Positions 39,108-53,020 of a DNA stretch of 64,000 nt are shown in pieces. Each line of letters opens with the position of its first letter. Positions within the stretch are counted from its first letter, which is position 1. Under the pieces are notes generated by a model. It was not told the DNA's origin and did not search any database. It saw only the letters and a list, made by a program, of their open reading frames with translations. Origin of the DNA: an uncultured SAR116 cluster alpha proteobacterium (lineage in GTDB: Bacteria; Pseudomonadota; Alphaproteobacteria; Puniceispirillales; Puniceispirillaceae); contig CABXZZ010000002.1 of assembly GCA_902516825.1 (NCBI GenBank), positions 1,815-65,814 on the forward strand. The letters run 5' to 3'. A program made the translations under genes and the position numbers.

Positions 39108-40334
39108 ATGAAACAGAAAAATGAAATAACATTCGATCTTATTCTTCTTGCCGCTGGAAAAGGGGAGCGCATGGGGTTTGAGAAACAATTTGCACCGATA
39201 AATGGCCAGCCAATTTGGCAAATTGCTCTTGAGCAGATAAGATATTATCCAGCTTGCAACACCATCATTATAGTATTTCCTAAAACGGCACCTATCGACC
39301 GGGCCTTTTTCGATAAAAATTCAGCGCTAAGATGGGTTTACGGCGGTGCTTTAAGAAGTGATTCTGTCTGGAATGCGTTGCAATATTACAATACCCTCTC
39401 GGTTAAATCTCCTTATATAGCCATTCATGATGCCGCCCGGCCCGTGGTAGACCATGCTGTTTTGGACAGAATGATGGATAAAATAAGAGAGGGCGAGAAA
39501 GCTGTCATTCCAACTCTAAATGCGAGCGATACTATTAAAAAATATTCTGGCCGGCACATAACTGAAACATTAAACCGAGATGAGTTAGTATTGGCTCAAA
39601 CTCCGCAACTATTTGAAGCTGATATAATTCAAACAAGCTATCGAAATATATTTGCAAAACAAACTGAAAATGGACGTAACGGGGATGAATATAATCCAAG
39701 TGATGATTCAAGTCTTGTTGAAGCAAATGGAACCAAGGTTGCTATCGTCGCGGGAAGTCCAAATTTACGAAAAATCACAGTTAAAGAGGATTTTGATTAT
39801 TTGAAACATTTATTGGCACAACATTTTGAAACAAGAACAGCCATGGGATATGATGTACATAAGTTTCGTTCATGGACTACTAATGATACCAGCCATAACA
39901 TAAAGATATGCGGTGTTGAGGTTGAACATGATTATGGAATAGACGCTCATTCAGACGGGGATGTTGGCATACATGCCCTTTGTGACGCAATTTTTGGTTG
40001 TTTAGCTGATGGTGATATTGGTAGTCATTTTCCGCCTTCAGATGATAAATGGAAAGATGCAGATTCTGAATTTTTTCTTAGATACGCGATGCGGAAAATT
40101 CAAAAAGCTGGTGCAAAAGTCATCCTTCTAGATGTCACTATTATCTGCGAGTTGCCAAAAATTGGACCCGAAACACAAAGAATGAAAAACCGATTAGCTG
40201 AAATGTGCAACCTTCCGATGAACCGGATTTCTATTAAAGCCACAACATCGGAGAAGCTTGGCTTTACCGGCCGAAAAGAGGGATTATCAGCCTTTGCAAC
40301 AGCAACAATATCACTGCCGTTAAGCCAAGAATAA
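39108..40334 (+). CDS. ispDF: bifunctional IspD/IspF (MEP cytidylyltransferase / MEcPP synthase)
   Basis: N-terminal LLAAGKGERMG (IspD). C-terminal GYDVHKF and AHSDGDVGIHAL (IspF). Confidence 0.94.
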   Translation: MKQKNEITFDLILLAAGKGERMGFEKQFAPINGQPIWQIALEQIRYYPACNTIIIVFPKTAPIDRAFFDKNSALRWVYGGALRSDSVWNALQYYNTLSVKSPYIAIHDAARPVVDHAVLDRMMDKIREGEKAVIPTLNASDTIKKYSGRHITETLNRDELVLAQTPQLFEADIIQTSYRNIFAKQTENGRNGDEYNPSDDSSLVEANGTKVAIVAGSPNLRKITVKEDFDYLKHLLAQHFETRTAMGYDVHKFRSWTTNDTSHNIKICGVEVEHDYGIDAHSDGDVGIHALCDAIFGCLADGDIGSHFPPSDDKWKDADSEFFLRYAMRKIQKAGAKVILLDVTIICELPKIGPETQRMKNRLAEMCNLPMNRISIKATTSEKLGFTGRKEGLSAFATATISLPLSQE

Positions 40335-40353
40335 AGTATAGAAATAAATCAAA

Positions 40354-40809
40354 ATGAGCTCACAAATTAACTTTTTATTAGGACAGCTGGCAACCTTGGG
40401 GCCTATCGGCACTAAGCTTCCGGTACCTGGAACTGCAGGGTCTGTGGTTGCGGTTATTGCAGGTTATTTTCTGCTTCCTATGGGCTGGGTACCGTTTTTA
40501 ATTCTTACCATCTTGATTAGTGTTATAGGCGTTTTTGCAGCTGATACATACTCCGACGCTACCAGCACCCATGATTCTGGAGAAATAATTATTGATGAGG
40601 TTGCAGGCCAATGGGTTGCTCTATTATTCATTCCGTATGATATTTTGTATTTAAGTGCAGCCTTTATATTATTCCGGCTATTTGATATAACTAAATGCTG
40701 GCCTGTCAACTGGGCTGAAAGGCTACCTGGCGGAATTGGGGTGATGGTTGATGACTTGGTAGCTGGGTTAATGGTAGGTATTATTCTGTTCAGTTTTCAT
40801 AACTGGTAG
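40354..40809 (+). CDS. pgpA: phosphatidylglycerophosphatase A
   Basis: GTAGSVVAV and IIIDEVAGQW motifs in a membrane protein of 151 aa. Confidence 0.87.
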   Translation: MSSQINFLLGQLATLGPIGTKLPVPGTAGSVVAVIAGYFLLPMGWVPFLILTILISVIGVFAADTYSDATSTHDSGEIIIDEVAGQWVALLFIPYDILYLSAAFILFRLFDITKCWPVNWAERLPGGIGVMVDDLVAGLMVGIILFSFHNW

Positions 40810-40819
40810 GAGCTAAAAA

Positions 40820-41305
40820 ATGGCCATAATTTCAATAAATGCAGTGGAAATAGTCACTAGCCTTAAGCAATCAGGCATGCGTATCTGCTGCGCTGAATCT
40901 TGCACGGGCGGAATGATAGCAGCAGCAATAACAGACATAGCTGGCTCTTCTGCTGTGTTTTCAAGAGGCTTTATTACATACAGCAATCAAGCAAAAATAA
41001 ATATGCTTGGCGTAAAACCCGTAACCTTAAATCTCTATGGTGCCGTTTCTGGACAAACTGTGTCTGAGATGGCTAGCGGTGCTATCACCGCAAGTGAAGA
41101 CGAAGCTGATTTTGCGGTTGCAGTTTCTGGCATAGCTGGGCCAGATGGCGGAACAGTTGAAAAACCAGTGGGGCTTGTTTATATTTGCGCGTTAAAAAAA
41201 GGACAGGTTGGACAAGTTAGCAGGTATGTATTTGACGGGGACAGGCAATCTGTCCGAACACAAACCGTCGAAAATGCATTGAAAACTATCCTTAGCTTAA
41301 TGTAG
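40820..41305 (+). CDS. pncC: CinA C-terminal domain protein / nicotinamide-nucleotide amidohydrolase
   Basis: CAESCTGGMIAAAITD and SGIAGPDGG motifs. Confidence 0.85.
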   Translation: MAIISINAVEIVTSLKQSGMRICCAESCTGGMIAAAITDIAGSSAVFSRGFITYSNQAKINMLGVKPVTLNLYGAVSGQTVSEMASGAITASEDEADFAVAVSGIAGPDGGTVEKPVGLVYICALKKGQVGQVSRYVFDGDRQSVRTQTVENALKTILSLM

Positions 41306-41743
41306 TCACACTTTTTTATAAAGTACATCTGCTCTAGTTTCGAAAGCCTTTACCATCCGCTTTACAGCCTCTGTAAACAAGGTTTCCATAACAGTCTGAA
41401 GCAATCTGTTTCTAAATTCAAAATCTACGTAAAAATCGATTTCGCATCCATCTGGGTGAGGCAGAAACTTCCAGTGATTTTGCAAATATTTAAACGGTCC
41501 GTCAGCATAGCTTGTATCGATTAAAAGTGCCTGCCTATCCATTGCAACCTTAGAGGTAAACTGTTCCTTGAATACTTGAAACCCTATAATTAAATCCGCA
41601 ATGAGTTCTTTTTCAGTCTGTGTTCTTATTCTGGCAGCAAGACACCATGGCAAAAACTCTGGATACCGCTTAACGTCAGCAACAAGCTCAAATAAATCTT
41701 CAGGTTTGTGGGGGATTATTCTAGTTTCCGAGTGGACTGTCAT
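41306..41743 (-). CDS. ratA: SRPBCC/COQ10-like protein (RatA family)
   Basis: 145-aa START-like fold with YPEFLPWC. Lies directly downstream of lipA with an ATGA overlap, the usual alphaproteobacterial arrangement. Confidence 0.8.
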   Translation of the reverse strand: MTVHSETRIIPHKPEDLFELVADVKRYPEFLPWCLAARIRTQTEKELIADLIIGFQVFKEQFTSKVAMDRQALLIDTSYADGPFKYLQNHWKFLPHPDGCEIDFYVDFEFRNRLLQTVMETLFTEAVKRMVKAFETRADVLYKKV

Positions 41744-42690
41744 ATTGAAAGCTTTTTTTCCCGGGCAAGTCTGAGAGCTGCAAAATCTGCATCAGCATGA
41801 TATGATGAACGTGTTAACGGCGTTGATGCCATCATCAAGAACCCTTTCTTTTCCCCTAATCCTTCATAATAAGAAAACATATTAGGAGTTACAAAGCGTT
41901 CTACCGGCGCATGTTTAGGCGTTGGCTGGAGATATTGACCAATCGTCATAAAATCAACCTCAGCCCCTCTTAAATCATCCATGATTGAGGCAACTTCCTC
42001 ATCGCTTTCGCCAAGCCCGACCATAATCCCTGACTTTGTGAAAATCATCGGATCATGTTTTTTGATTTGCGCTAATATCGAGAGTGAATGGTCAAATCGT
42101 GCACCAGGGCGTATTGTTCTATATAAGCGGGGTACTGTCTCCATATTATGGTTAAACACATCAGGTCTTGCCTCTATAACAATCTCCACCGCTCCTGGCT
42201 TTCGAAGAAAATCAGGGGTAAGTATTTCAATTGTGGTAGCAGGCGATAAGGCCCTGATCGCTGCGATAGTTTGCGCAAAATGAGCAGCACCCCCATCCTC
42301 TAAATCATCTCTATCGACAGAAGTAATCACCACATGTTTCAAATTTAATTTAGCAACTGCTTGCGCAACATTTTCAGGCTCATGCGGATCTAATAAATCA
42401 GGCCGGCCGGTAGCAATATTGCAGAACGCGCAGGCTCTTGTGCAGATTGAGCCCAAAATCATCATTGTTGCGTGTTTTTTGGACCAACATTCGCCGATAT
42501 TGGGACATGCTGCTTCCTCACATACAGTCACCAGATTCAAATCACGCATTAAGTTTCGCGTTTCATCAAATAATTCGCCTGCGGGTGCTTTCACACGAAG
42601 CCAATCGGGGCGTTTTGGTTGAGGAATCGCTTCGTTCTTTTGTTTTTCTGGATGGCGCTTAGCGCCTATCGTTGTATTAGGAGATGGCAA
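41740..42690 (-). CDS. lipA: lipoyl synthase
   Basis: [12 protein letters not shown] auxiliary-cluster motif and radical-SAM [13 protein letters not shown] start with an AAGGAAG SD. Confidence 0.95.
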   Translation of the reverse strand: MPSPNTTIGAKRHPEKQKNEAIPQPKRPDWLRVKAPAGELFDETRNLMRDLNLVTVCEEAACPNIGECWSKKHATMMILGSICTRACAFCNIATGRPDLLDPHEPENVAQAVAKLNLKHVVITSVDRDDLEDGGAAHFAQTIAAIRALSPATTIEILTPDFLRKPGAVEIVIEARPDVFNHNMETVPRLYRTIRPGARFDHSLSILAQIKKHDPMIFTKSGIMVGLGESDEEVASIMDDLRGAEVDFMTIGQYLQPTPKHAPVERFVTPNMFSYYEGLGEKKGFLMMASTPLTRSSYHADADFAALRLAREKKLSI

Positions 42691-42694
42691 TACT

Positions 42695-42746
42695 GCTTCC
42701 TTTATACTCGTCTAGTATACTGGTCTGATACACTCTTCTGGTACAC
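42695..42746. repeat. four tandem degenerate 13-bp units immediately upstream of the lipA RBS
   Basis: Plus-strand units are GCTTCCTTTATAC, TCGTCTAGTATAC, TGGTCTGATACAC and TCTTCTGGTACAC. The last three are 9-10/13 identical pairwise. Confidence 0.4.
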
Positions 42747-42789
42747 CCGTCTGAAACATCAAAACATATAATAGGATGTTTTTATTAGT

Positions 42790-44202
42790 TTAGAAATGGA
42801 TCGCTCTATCGAATGCGTCAAGCACAGACTCGTGCATTGCTTCTGATATTGTGGGATGCGGGAAGATTGTATGCATTAATTCTGCCTCGGTCGTCTCTAG
42901 AGTTCGTGCAATTGCATATCCATGTATCATTTCCGTAACTTCTGCGCCTATCAGATGTGCGCCAAGTAGTGCCCCTGTTTTGGAACAGAAAATCGTTTTA
43001 ACAAGCCCTTCATCCTCGCCCATGGCAATTGCCTTGCCATTTGCCAGCAAGGGAAAACGACCAACTTTAATTTCATAGCCTTCTGCTTTTGCTTTATCTT
43101 CTGTTAATCCAATGGACGCTATTTGAGGGCGACAATAGGTACAGCCAGGAACAGAATTTTCTACAATTGGATGCACATGACTTTGATTTGTTATAGCTTC
43201 AACACAAATAATAGCTTCGTGGCTGGCTTTATGAGCAAGCCATGGCGGGCCGGTAACATCCCCAATAGCAAATATTCCTGCAACATTAGTAGCACCGAAG
43301 TCGTTTGTTACAATATGCCCCTTCTCTGTTTTAACGCCAATTTTTTCTAACCCTATATCCTCTGTATTTCCGATAATTCCGACAGCCATTATCACCCTAT
43401 CAGAAGTAATTTTCTGCTTTTTTCCTGCAATTGTAATGGTGGCCGTCACGTCATTTTTAGATTTGGTAATTGCCTCAAGCATGGCAGAGGTATGAATTTT
43501 AATACCCCGTTTTTCAAATAACTTGTGAGCTAAATCAGATATTTCCTTATCTTCAACATTAAGAATTCTGTCCATCGCTTCAACAATAGTGACATCCACT
43601 CCCATATCGTTATAAAAGCTGGCAAACTCTATTCCGATTGCGCCAGACCCAACCACCGTCAATGATTTAGGCATTGTTTTTGGAACCATGGCATCACGGT
43701 AAGTAACGATTTTATCACCATCTGCTTCCATAGAGGGTATCTGCCTAGCGCGTGCACCTGTTGCAAGCATAATGTTAGTCGCTTCAACAGTAGAATTTTT
43801 TTCACCTTCCACAGCAATTTGCCAGCCACCAGATATCTTTTTATTGATTTTAGCAACGCCTTTTATCACAGTAACTTTATGTTTCTTCATAAGATGGGAA
43901 ACACCGCCAGAAAGCCGCTCTGCAACTTGGCGTGAGCGCGCAACAACTTTTTCAAGATTTATGTTCACACTTCCTTCTATCTCAATGCCAAATTCACTTA
44001 AATGGAAGATATTATTTTTTAACTCAGCCGCACGAAGAAGCGCCTTGGTTGGAATACAGCCCCAATTCAAGCAAACGCCTCCAAGGTTTTCTTTTTCAAT
44101 AACAGCTACTTTTTGACCAAGTTGGCTGGCGCGAATAGCGCCCACATATCCACCTGGACCGCCACCGATTACGATTAAATCAAATTTCTGAGAATCAGTC
44201 AT
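42790..44202 (-). CDS. lpdA: dihydrolipoyl dehydrogenase (E3)
   Basis: GGGPGGY FAD motif and redox-active CLNWGCIPTK. Confidence 0.94.
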   Translation of the reverse strand: MTDSQKFDLIVIGGGPGGYVGAIRASQLGQKVAVIEKENLGGVCLNWGCIPTKALLRAAELKNNIFHLSEFGIEIEGSVNINLEKVVARSRQVAERLSGGVSHLMKKHKVTVIKGVAKINKKISGGWQIAVEGEKNSTVEATNIMLATGARARQIPSMEADGDKIVTYRDAMVPKTMPKSLTVVGSGAIGIEFASFYNDMGVDVTIVEAMDRILNVEDKEISDLAHKLFEKRGIKIHTSAMLEAITKSKNDVTATITIAGKKQKITSDRVIMAVGIIGNTEDIGLEKIGVKTEKGHIVTNDFGATNVAGIFAIGDVTGPPWLAHKASHEAIICVEAITNQSHVHPIVENSVPGCTYCRPQIASIGLTEDKAKAEGYEIKVGRFPLLANGKAIAMGEDEGLVKTIFCSKTGALLGAHLIGAEVTEMIHGYAIARTLETTEAELMHTIFPHPTISEAMHESVLDAFDRAIHF

Positions 44203-44221
44203 TACTGTCCTTTTTAAATTC

Positions 44222-45565
44222 TTAAATTAACATTGTGACAGGGTTTTCAACAAACCCTTTGAAAAGCTGTAACCACTCTGCTCCCAGAGCTCCGTCGACA
44301 ATACGATGATCAGCAGATAAGGTAACATTCATCATAGTTGCAATCGCAAGTTCACCATCTTTTACAATCGCTCTTTGCTCTCCTGCACCGACCGCTAAAA
44401 TAGCGCTTTGAGGCGGGTTGATAACAGCTGCAAACTCTTTGATCCCAAACATACCTAAATTTGATATGGTAAAACCACCGCCAGTATATTCTTCTGGTTT
44501 TAATTTGCCTTCTCTTGACCTTGATGCAAGATCTTTTGTTATCTGCGATAACTCAGCCAAACCAAGTTTTTCAACAGACCGAATAACAGGTGTAATCAAT
44601 CCACCTTCTATAGCAACTGCCATGCAAATATCAGCTGTATCGAAATATCGGCATCCATCCTCTTCAAACCAGCCATTAACATCAGGTAGTTTTTGTAAAG
44701 CCATAGCACTTGCTCTTATGATCATATCATTAACCGATATTTTAACACCCTCCGGTGCCATTTCATTAAGCTGGGCTCTATTTTCTAGCAAACGATCAAT
44801 TGAACAATCCACTGTTAGGTAGAAATGTGGTGACGTTTGTTTTGAGAACTGCAATCTGCTTGCAATTGTGCGCCGCATCGCTGTGTGAGAAACAAATCTT
44901 CCTTCACTTGAAGAACCTATTTGCTGAGGAACATTTTGGGTATCAGCAGATAATGCCCCATCCCCTGACTTAACACTATCACCCGACTTAACAATTGCTA
45001 GGATATCGCGCTCAATAATGCGCCCATGGGGGCCTGTACCATTTACCTGTGCAAGGTCAATACCATCTTGTGCTGCGAGCCTTCGTGCTAACGGCGATGC
45101 AAAAACCCTGTCCTTCTGGGGGTTTGTATCGCTGATTTTCTTAGATGCTTGAGTTGTTGAACCAGCATCTGTTAGCGTTTGATTTGTGGATGGTATTACG
45201 TTTTTTAACGCCTTATCATCAGAGGTTTTCTTGCTGGTATTAGCTGGCATTGAGACGTCTTTTTTGACATCATTTTTAATATTGCTGTCTGTTGGATTAT
45301 AAGATATCTCGCTAATATTCTCACCATCTTCTACTAAAACAGCGATCACCGAATTTACAGCAACCCCCTCTGTGCCCTCATTCACAATGATCTTGGCTAG
45401 TACCCCATCTTCTATCGCTTCAACTTCCATAGTGGCTTTGTCTGTCTCAATTTCTGCTATTACATCACCAGAGCGTACTTCATCGCCTTTTTTAACAAGC
45501 CATTTTGATAATATACCTTCCGTCATAGTAGGCGATAAAGCTGGCATTAATATATCAATTGCCAT
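44222..45565 (-). CDS. pdhC: pyruvate dehydrogenase E2 dihydrolipoamide acetyltransferase
   Basis: Lipoyl domain ([13 protein letters not shown]), E3-binding domain (ASPLARRLA) and catalytic DHRIVDG. Confidence 0.92.
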   Translation of the reverse strand: MAIDILMPALSPTMTEGILSKWLVKKGDEVRSGDVIAEIETDKATMEVEAIEDGVLAKIIVNEGTEGVAVNSVIAVLVEDGENISEISYNPTDSNIKNDVKKDVSMPANTSKKTSDDKALKNVIPSTNQTLTDAGSTTQASKKISDTNPQKDRVFASPLARRLAAQDGIDLAQVNGTGPHGRIIERDILAIVKSGDSVKSGDGALSADTQNVPQQIGSSSEGRFVSHTAMRRTIASRLQFSKQTSPHFYLTVDCSIDRLLENRAQLNEMAPEGVKISVNDMIIRASAMALQKLPDVNGWFEEDGCRYFDTADICMAVAIEGGLITPVIRSVEKLGLAELSQITKDLASRSREGKLKPEEYTGGGFTISNLGMFGIKEFAAVINPPQSAILAVGAGEQRAIVKDGELAIATMMNVTLSADHRIVDGALGAEWLQLFKGFVENPVTMLI

Positions 45566-45567
45566 TT

Positions 45568-46944
45568 TTAAATCTCCTCCTCTTTATAGCAGACCTGCAA
45601 TGCCGCTTGCACGATTTGATCACTTTGCGGCAAAGTTAGGGCCTCTAAATTGGCTGCATATGGCATTGGTACGTCTTTTCCAGTTACACGCGTTATGGGT
45701 GCATCCAGATAATCAAACGCTTTTTCATTAACCTGCATTCCAAGCTCAGCTCCAATTCCAGCAAAAGGAAACCCTTCTTCACATGAAATTAGCCTATTTG
45801 TCTTTCTAACCGAATTAACAATTAACTCAATATCAAGAGGACGCAAGGATCGCAAATCTATTATCTCAGCCTCAATACCTTTTTCACTTAATATTTCAGC
45901 CGCTTCGAGTGCTTTTCCAACCATAATAGAAAATGCGGTTATGGTAACATCGCTGCCTTCTCTAACGATATTTCCACGTCCAATCGGCACCAGCCACTCA
46001 TCAGTATCTGGCACGTCAAAGCTTTGCCCATACATAACTTCGTTTTCAAGGAATATTACAGGATTTGGATCCCGTATTGCTGATTTCAACAACCCTTTTG
46101 CATCAGCAGCAGACCATGGGGAGACAACTTTTAGCCCCGGACAATGTGCATACCAGCTTGCAAAGCATTGTGAATGCTGTGCGGCAACTCTGCTTGCAGC
46201 CCCATTGGGTCCTCTAAACACAATCGGACATCCCATTTGGCCACCAGACATATAAAGAGTTTTTGCGGCTGAATTTATAATTTGATCAATCGCCTGCATT
46301 GAAAAATTAAAAGTCATGAATTCTACAACAGGTCGCAAATCTCCAAACGCGGCTCCAACAGCCAATCCTGTAAATCCATGTTCTGTAATGGGTGTATCAA
46401 TAACGCGCTTCTCTCCAAACTCATCAAGCAAGCCTTGTGTTACTTTGTATGCGCCTTGATATTCGGCGACTTCTTCGCCCATGATGAAAATTTTATCATC
46501 GACTCTCATTTCTTCTGCCATTGCATCGCGCAGTGCCTCACGTACTGTCATATTTTTAACAGGGCCATCCCATTCCATCACTTGAGCTACAGTAACATCA
46601 CGCTTCGCTGGCGCCGCCACTGGTTCAATTACAGGCGATGTGATGCTAGGTTCAACTTGTGGGGTTTCTTTATTTTGGCTCATCGTTTCCGATTCATCGC
46701 CACTATCACCAAATATAGTAGCAATGACGGTGCCGACTGGCACTGCTTGAGTTCCCTCTTCCACCATCAATTGGGTAACAGTTCCATCATCAACAGCTTC
46801 AACTTCCATTGTCGCCTTATCTGTTTCAATTTCAGCTATTACATCACCGGAGTGTATTTCATCTCCAATCTTCACCAGCCATTTAGATAATATCCCCTCT
46901 GTCATAGTTGGGGATAATGCTGGCATTTTTATTTCATTCGACAT
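45568..46944 (-). CDS. pdhB: pyruvate dehydrogenase E1 beta subunit with N-terminal lipoyl domain
   Basis: The N-terminal ~80 aa form a lipoyl domain nearly identical to that of E2, followed by a transketolase-like pyrimidine-binding domain and C-terminal domain. Confidence 0.94.
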   Translation of the reverse strand: MSNEIKMPALSPTMTEGILSKWLVKIGDEIHSGDVIAEIETDKATMEVEAVDDGTVTQLMVEEGTQAVPVGTVIATIFGDSGDESETMSQNKETPQVEPSITSPVIEPVAAPAKRDVTVAQVMEWDGPVKNMTVREALRDAMAEEMRVDDKIFIMGEEVAEYQGAYKVTQGLLDEFGEKRVIDTPITEHGFTGLAVGAAFGDLRPVVEFMTFNFSMQAIDQIINSAAKTLYMSGGQMGCPIVFRGPNGAASRVAAQHSQCFASWYAHCPGLKVVSPWSAADAKGLLKSAIRDPNPVIFLENEVMYGQSFDVPDTDEWLVPIGRGNIVREGSDVTITAFSIMVGKALEAAEILSEKGIEAEIIDLRSLRPLDIELIVNSVRKTNRLISCEEGFPFAGIGAELGMQVNEKAFDYLDAPITRVTGKDVPMPYAANLEALTLPQSDQIVQAALQVCYKEEEI

Positions 46945-47018
46945 AGGTTAAACCCTTAAAATTCTTCTTTATGCGGTATAATCTTCATAATAAATCAAAC
47001 CTTTGATTAACGAAGCTG

Positions 47019-48074
47019 TTATTCAGCAACCTCAACTAATATATCGGTATAAAGCTCATCTGGTGATGGTTCAGGAGACTTTAATGCGATATCTGTCGCT
47101 TCCGATATGATTTTTTTAACTTCTGTATCCTGAAGTTTTAATTCCGCTTCCTCGATACCTTCTCGAAGTAGTAAATCACGCAAATGATCAATAGGATCAT
47201 GCTGTTTTCGCATTGCATCCACCTCCTCGCGAGTTCTGTATTTTGCAGGATCTGACATTGAATGACCCCGATAGCGATATGTTTTCATTTCTAAAATAAA
47301 GGGGCCCTTACCAGAGCGTGCATACTCTATTGCCTCAATACCAGCCTCTCGTACAGCCAACACATCCATACCATCAACCTGCCTACCGACAATTCCATAA
47401 GCAGACCCACGCTCATATAATGCGGTACCTGCGGTGGATCTTGGAGTTGATGTCCCCATTGCATATTGATTATTTTCAATGACAAAGATAACAGGGAGCT
47501 TCCACAAGGACGCCATATTGAATGTCTCATAAACTTGGCCTTGATTGGCAGCACCATCACCAAGATAAGTCATAGCAACACCGCCATCATCCTTATATTT
47601 ATGCGCAAAGCCGAGCCCTGCACCTATTGGCACTTGTGCTCCAACAATTCCATGACCGCCGTAAAAATTCTTATCACGGCTAAACATGTGCATCGAGCCG
47701 CCTTTTCCCTTTGAATATCCCTCTGCCCTGCCAGTAAGCTCAGACATAACACCAGCAGGTTCCATCCCACATGCAAGCATATGACCATGATCTCGATATG
47801 ATGTTACTACACTATCTTTATTATCATTTACTGACTGCAATCCAACAACTACAGCTTCCTGACCTATATATAAATGACAGAAACCACCAATTTTACCCAT
47901 TCCGTAAAGCTGTCCTGCTTTTTCTTCAAAACGCCTGATCAACAACATATCACGATGCATCATCAGGAGCGTGTTTCTATCTATCTTCTTATTAATAAGA
48001 TTTCGGGCAGATTTTGGTGGTCTACCAGACTTACTAGGGTTTTTTACACGCTTTTGTTTAGGATTACGAGGCAC
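47019..48074 (-). CDS. pdhA: pyruvate dehydrogenase E1 alpha subunit
   Basis: TPP-binding motif YLGDGAANQGQ...NN and a phosphorylation-loop-like YRYRGHSMSDP. Confidence 0.94.
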   Translation of the reverse strand: MPRNPKQKRVKNPSKSGRPPKSARNLINKKIDRNTLLMMHRDMLLIRRFEEKAGQLYGMGKIGGFCHLYIGQEAVVVGLQSVNDNKDSVVTSYRDHGHMLACGMEPAGVMSELTGRAEGYSKGKGGSMHMFSRDKNFYGGHGIVGAQVPIGAGLGFAHKYKDDGGVAMTYLGDGAANQGQVYETFNMASLWKLPVIFVIENNQYAMGTSTPRSTAGTALYERGSAYGIVGRQVDGMDVLAVREAGIEAIEYARSGKGPFILEMKTYRYRGHSMSDPAKYRTREEVDAMRKQHDPIDHLRDLLLREGIEEAELKLQDTEVKKIISEATDIALKSPEPSPDELYTDILVEVAE

Positions 48075-48297
48075 GATATTTTAACTCCTGCTATTTCCGT
48101 TTTTTTCAAGATTTAAAAAATAGTTTTATTCTACAAGCATCCATTTGTTAGGATAAACAAGGATAATTAAAATTAGAGTGTGTTGCAAATTTAAGATTTT
48201 TGCAACTAGTTTATCTAATTGTTTTTATTTATTTATTTTTATTTAAACCTAATATTGGTTAGGTATTTTCATAAATAAAGATACCACTACCTATGAA

Positions 48298-48615
48298 TTA
48301 ATTTATATTAGATAAGATTAGAATGTCATTATCTGCAAAAAGACCAAGTTCACTACGTGCCATTTCCTCTAATAAATCTTTATCAACTGTATCGTTTCTC
48401 ATTAGCAAAATTCGAGATTGGAGCCCGCTATTTTCTTTTTTCAACAACTGCAGATGCTCTTGCGCGGCAGCAATTTGTCTATCCAAATTATCACGCATTA
48501 ACAAGCCGCGTTCACCTGTTAAAGAATGAAACCCAAAAAAAGCTATTAACGTTCCAAGAAGCATGAAGCTTCCAAAATACGTCAATGGCCGATTAAGTAT
48601 TTGATGCGATCTCAT
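48298..48615 (-). CDS. ftsB: septum formation initiator FtsB/DivIC family
   Basis: Single TM helix followed by a coiled coil (QIAAAQEHLQLLKKENSGLQSRI). Conserved position upstream of pdhA and downstream of eno. ATG 48615 is preferred, and the alternatives are ATG 48648 and TTG 48669. Confidence 0.75.
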   Translation of the reverse strand: MRSHQILNRPLTYFGSFMLLGTLIAFFGFHSLTGERGLLMRDNLDRQIAAAQEHLQLLKKENSGLQSRILLMRNDTVDKDLLEEMARSELGLFADNDILILSNIN

Positions 48616-48718
48616 TCCTGTTACCTTTAGACTTAAACCACCCGACATTATGGAGTGAATCAAATTCAATATTCTATGTCAACCAAAACTCTATCTATCT
48701 TTTTTAGCTGTCGAATTT

Positions 48719-50050
<1,332 letters not shown>

Positions 50051-50080
50051 TCAAATCATGTAATCAATTCAACTAAGCTA

Positions 50081-50920
50081 CTAACTCAGATGACATAAAC
50101 TATGTATTGCACTTAATTGGGCCAAAAGAGATTGTATTTCGTCGAGCGGTATCATGTTAGGTCCGTCAGATGGAGCATTATCAGGGTCTTGATGACTTTC
50201 AACAAAAACCCCGCTTACACCTGCTGCGACTGCTGCACGCGCTAGCAGCGCCACGAACTCTCTTTGGCCACCAGATGTGCTGCCAAAACCTCCTGGTTGC
50301 TGCACCGAATGCGTTGCATCAAATATGACAGGGTAACCAAATTTGGCCATTTGAGGCAAGGAACGCATATCAGATACTAGTGTATTATATCCAAAGCTAG
50401 TGCCACGTTCTGTCACTAAAATTTTGTTATTGTCTGTTAATGCAACTTTAGCTGTAACATGCTCCATATCCCAAGGGGCTAAAAACTGTCCTTTTTTTAT
50501 ATTAACAATGGCTCCTGATTTTCCTGCGGATATCAGCAAATCTGTTTGCCTGCATAGAAAAGCTGGAATCTGAATTATATCAACAGTTTTCGACACAACC
50601 TCACATTGCTCAGATGTATGGACATCTGTAAGAACAGGACAAGCAAATTGCTGTTTTACATGCTCTAAAATTCTTAATCCTTCTTCCATACCAACGCCTC
50701 TGGCTGAATTAGCAGATGTTCTATTTGCTTTGTCAAACGAAGACTTATAAATGAAATTCATGCCTGCACGTTGAGCGCCGTTTAGAAGAGCCTCAGCGTG
50801 AAATAATGCATGGTCACGACCTTCGATTTGACAGGGACCGGCGATAAGAGCTAACGGCAGGCCAGCCCCTATTTTGAAACTGCCCACATCAACTGGATAA
50901 ATATCAGGGATAAAAGACAT
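50081..50920 (-). CDS. kdsA: 2-dehydro-3-deoxyphosphooctonate aldolase
   Basis: KDO8P synthase TIM barrel ([18 protein letters not shown]). Confidence 0.93.
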   Translation of the reverse strand: MSFIPDIYPVDVGSFKIGAGLPLALIAGPCQIEGRDHALFHAEALLNGAQRAGMNFIYKSSFDKANRTSANSARGVGMEEGLRILEHVKQQFACPVLTDVHTSEQCEVVSKTVDIIQIPAFLCRQTDLLISAGKSGAIVNIKKGQFLAPWDMEHVTAKVALTDNNKILVTERGTSFGYNTLVSDMRSLPQMAKFGYPVIFDATHSVQQPGGFGSTSGGQREFVALLARAAVAAGVSGVFVESHQDPDNAPSDGPNMIPLDEIQSLLAQLSAIHSLCHLS

Positions 50921-50927
50921 AAGTTTG

Positions 50928-52583
<1,656 letters not shown>

Positions 52584-52617
52584 TTAATGCGCATAACACT
52601 TTTATCTACTCTCATTA

Positions 52618-52926
52618 TTATTGCTCAGTAGGAACTGTCGGTATTTCTGGAATAACCGGAGTAGACTGAATAACCTCATCTACGATGGATGGTGCTTGAC
52701 GACCATTGCCTGCTAATATTGCCAACCCTATCGATGTTAGAAAAAATATAGCAGCTAGAATTGCAGTTACTCTGGTTAAAAGATTGGCTGTGCCTCTGGC
52801 GGTCATAAAGCCGCCACCGCCACCGCCGCCAATACCAAGTGCGCCACCTTCGCTTCGCTGTAACAAAACTACACCAACTAATGCTACAGCAATCATAATA
52901 TGAATAGTCAATAATATGGTTGTCAT
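52618..52926 (-). CDS. secG: preprotein translocase subunit SecG
   Basis: Two TM helices flanking a Gly-rich loop (LQRSEGGALGIGGGGGGG). Lies between tpiA and pyrG. Confidence 0.9.
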   Translation of the reverse strand: MTTILLTIHIMIAVALVGVVLLQRSEGGALGIGGGGGGGFMTARGTANLLTRVTAILAAIFFLTSIGLAILAGNGRQAPSIVDEVIQSTPVIPEIPTVPTEQ

Positions 52927-53020
52927 ACTTTCACCAATTTTAAGCTAATTCGTTATCTTTGTAGAACATCGCCTTACAAAAGGCAAAGCTAAAAATAACT
53001 TATATTAAAACGAGCTGACC

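Noticed and set aside
41306-41743. RatA 'toxin' as part of a toxin-antitoxin system, and likewise MazG (27534..28382) as part of mazEF.
   Set aside because: No small antitoxin partner is adjacent. The RatA/COQ10-like gene is in its conserved housekeeping position overlapping lipA, and MazG here is the stand-alone NTP pyrophosphohydrolase.
52811-52830. GC-rich short tandem repeat CCGCCACCGCCACCGCCGCC.
   Set aside because: It encodes the poly-Gly loop of SecG on the minus strand, so it is a coding low-complexity tract, not a repeat element.
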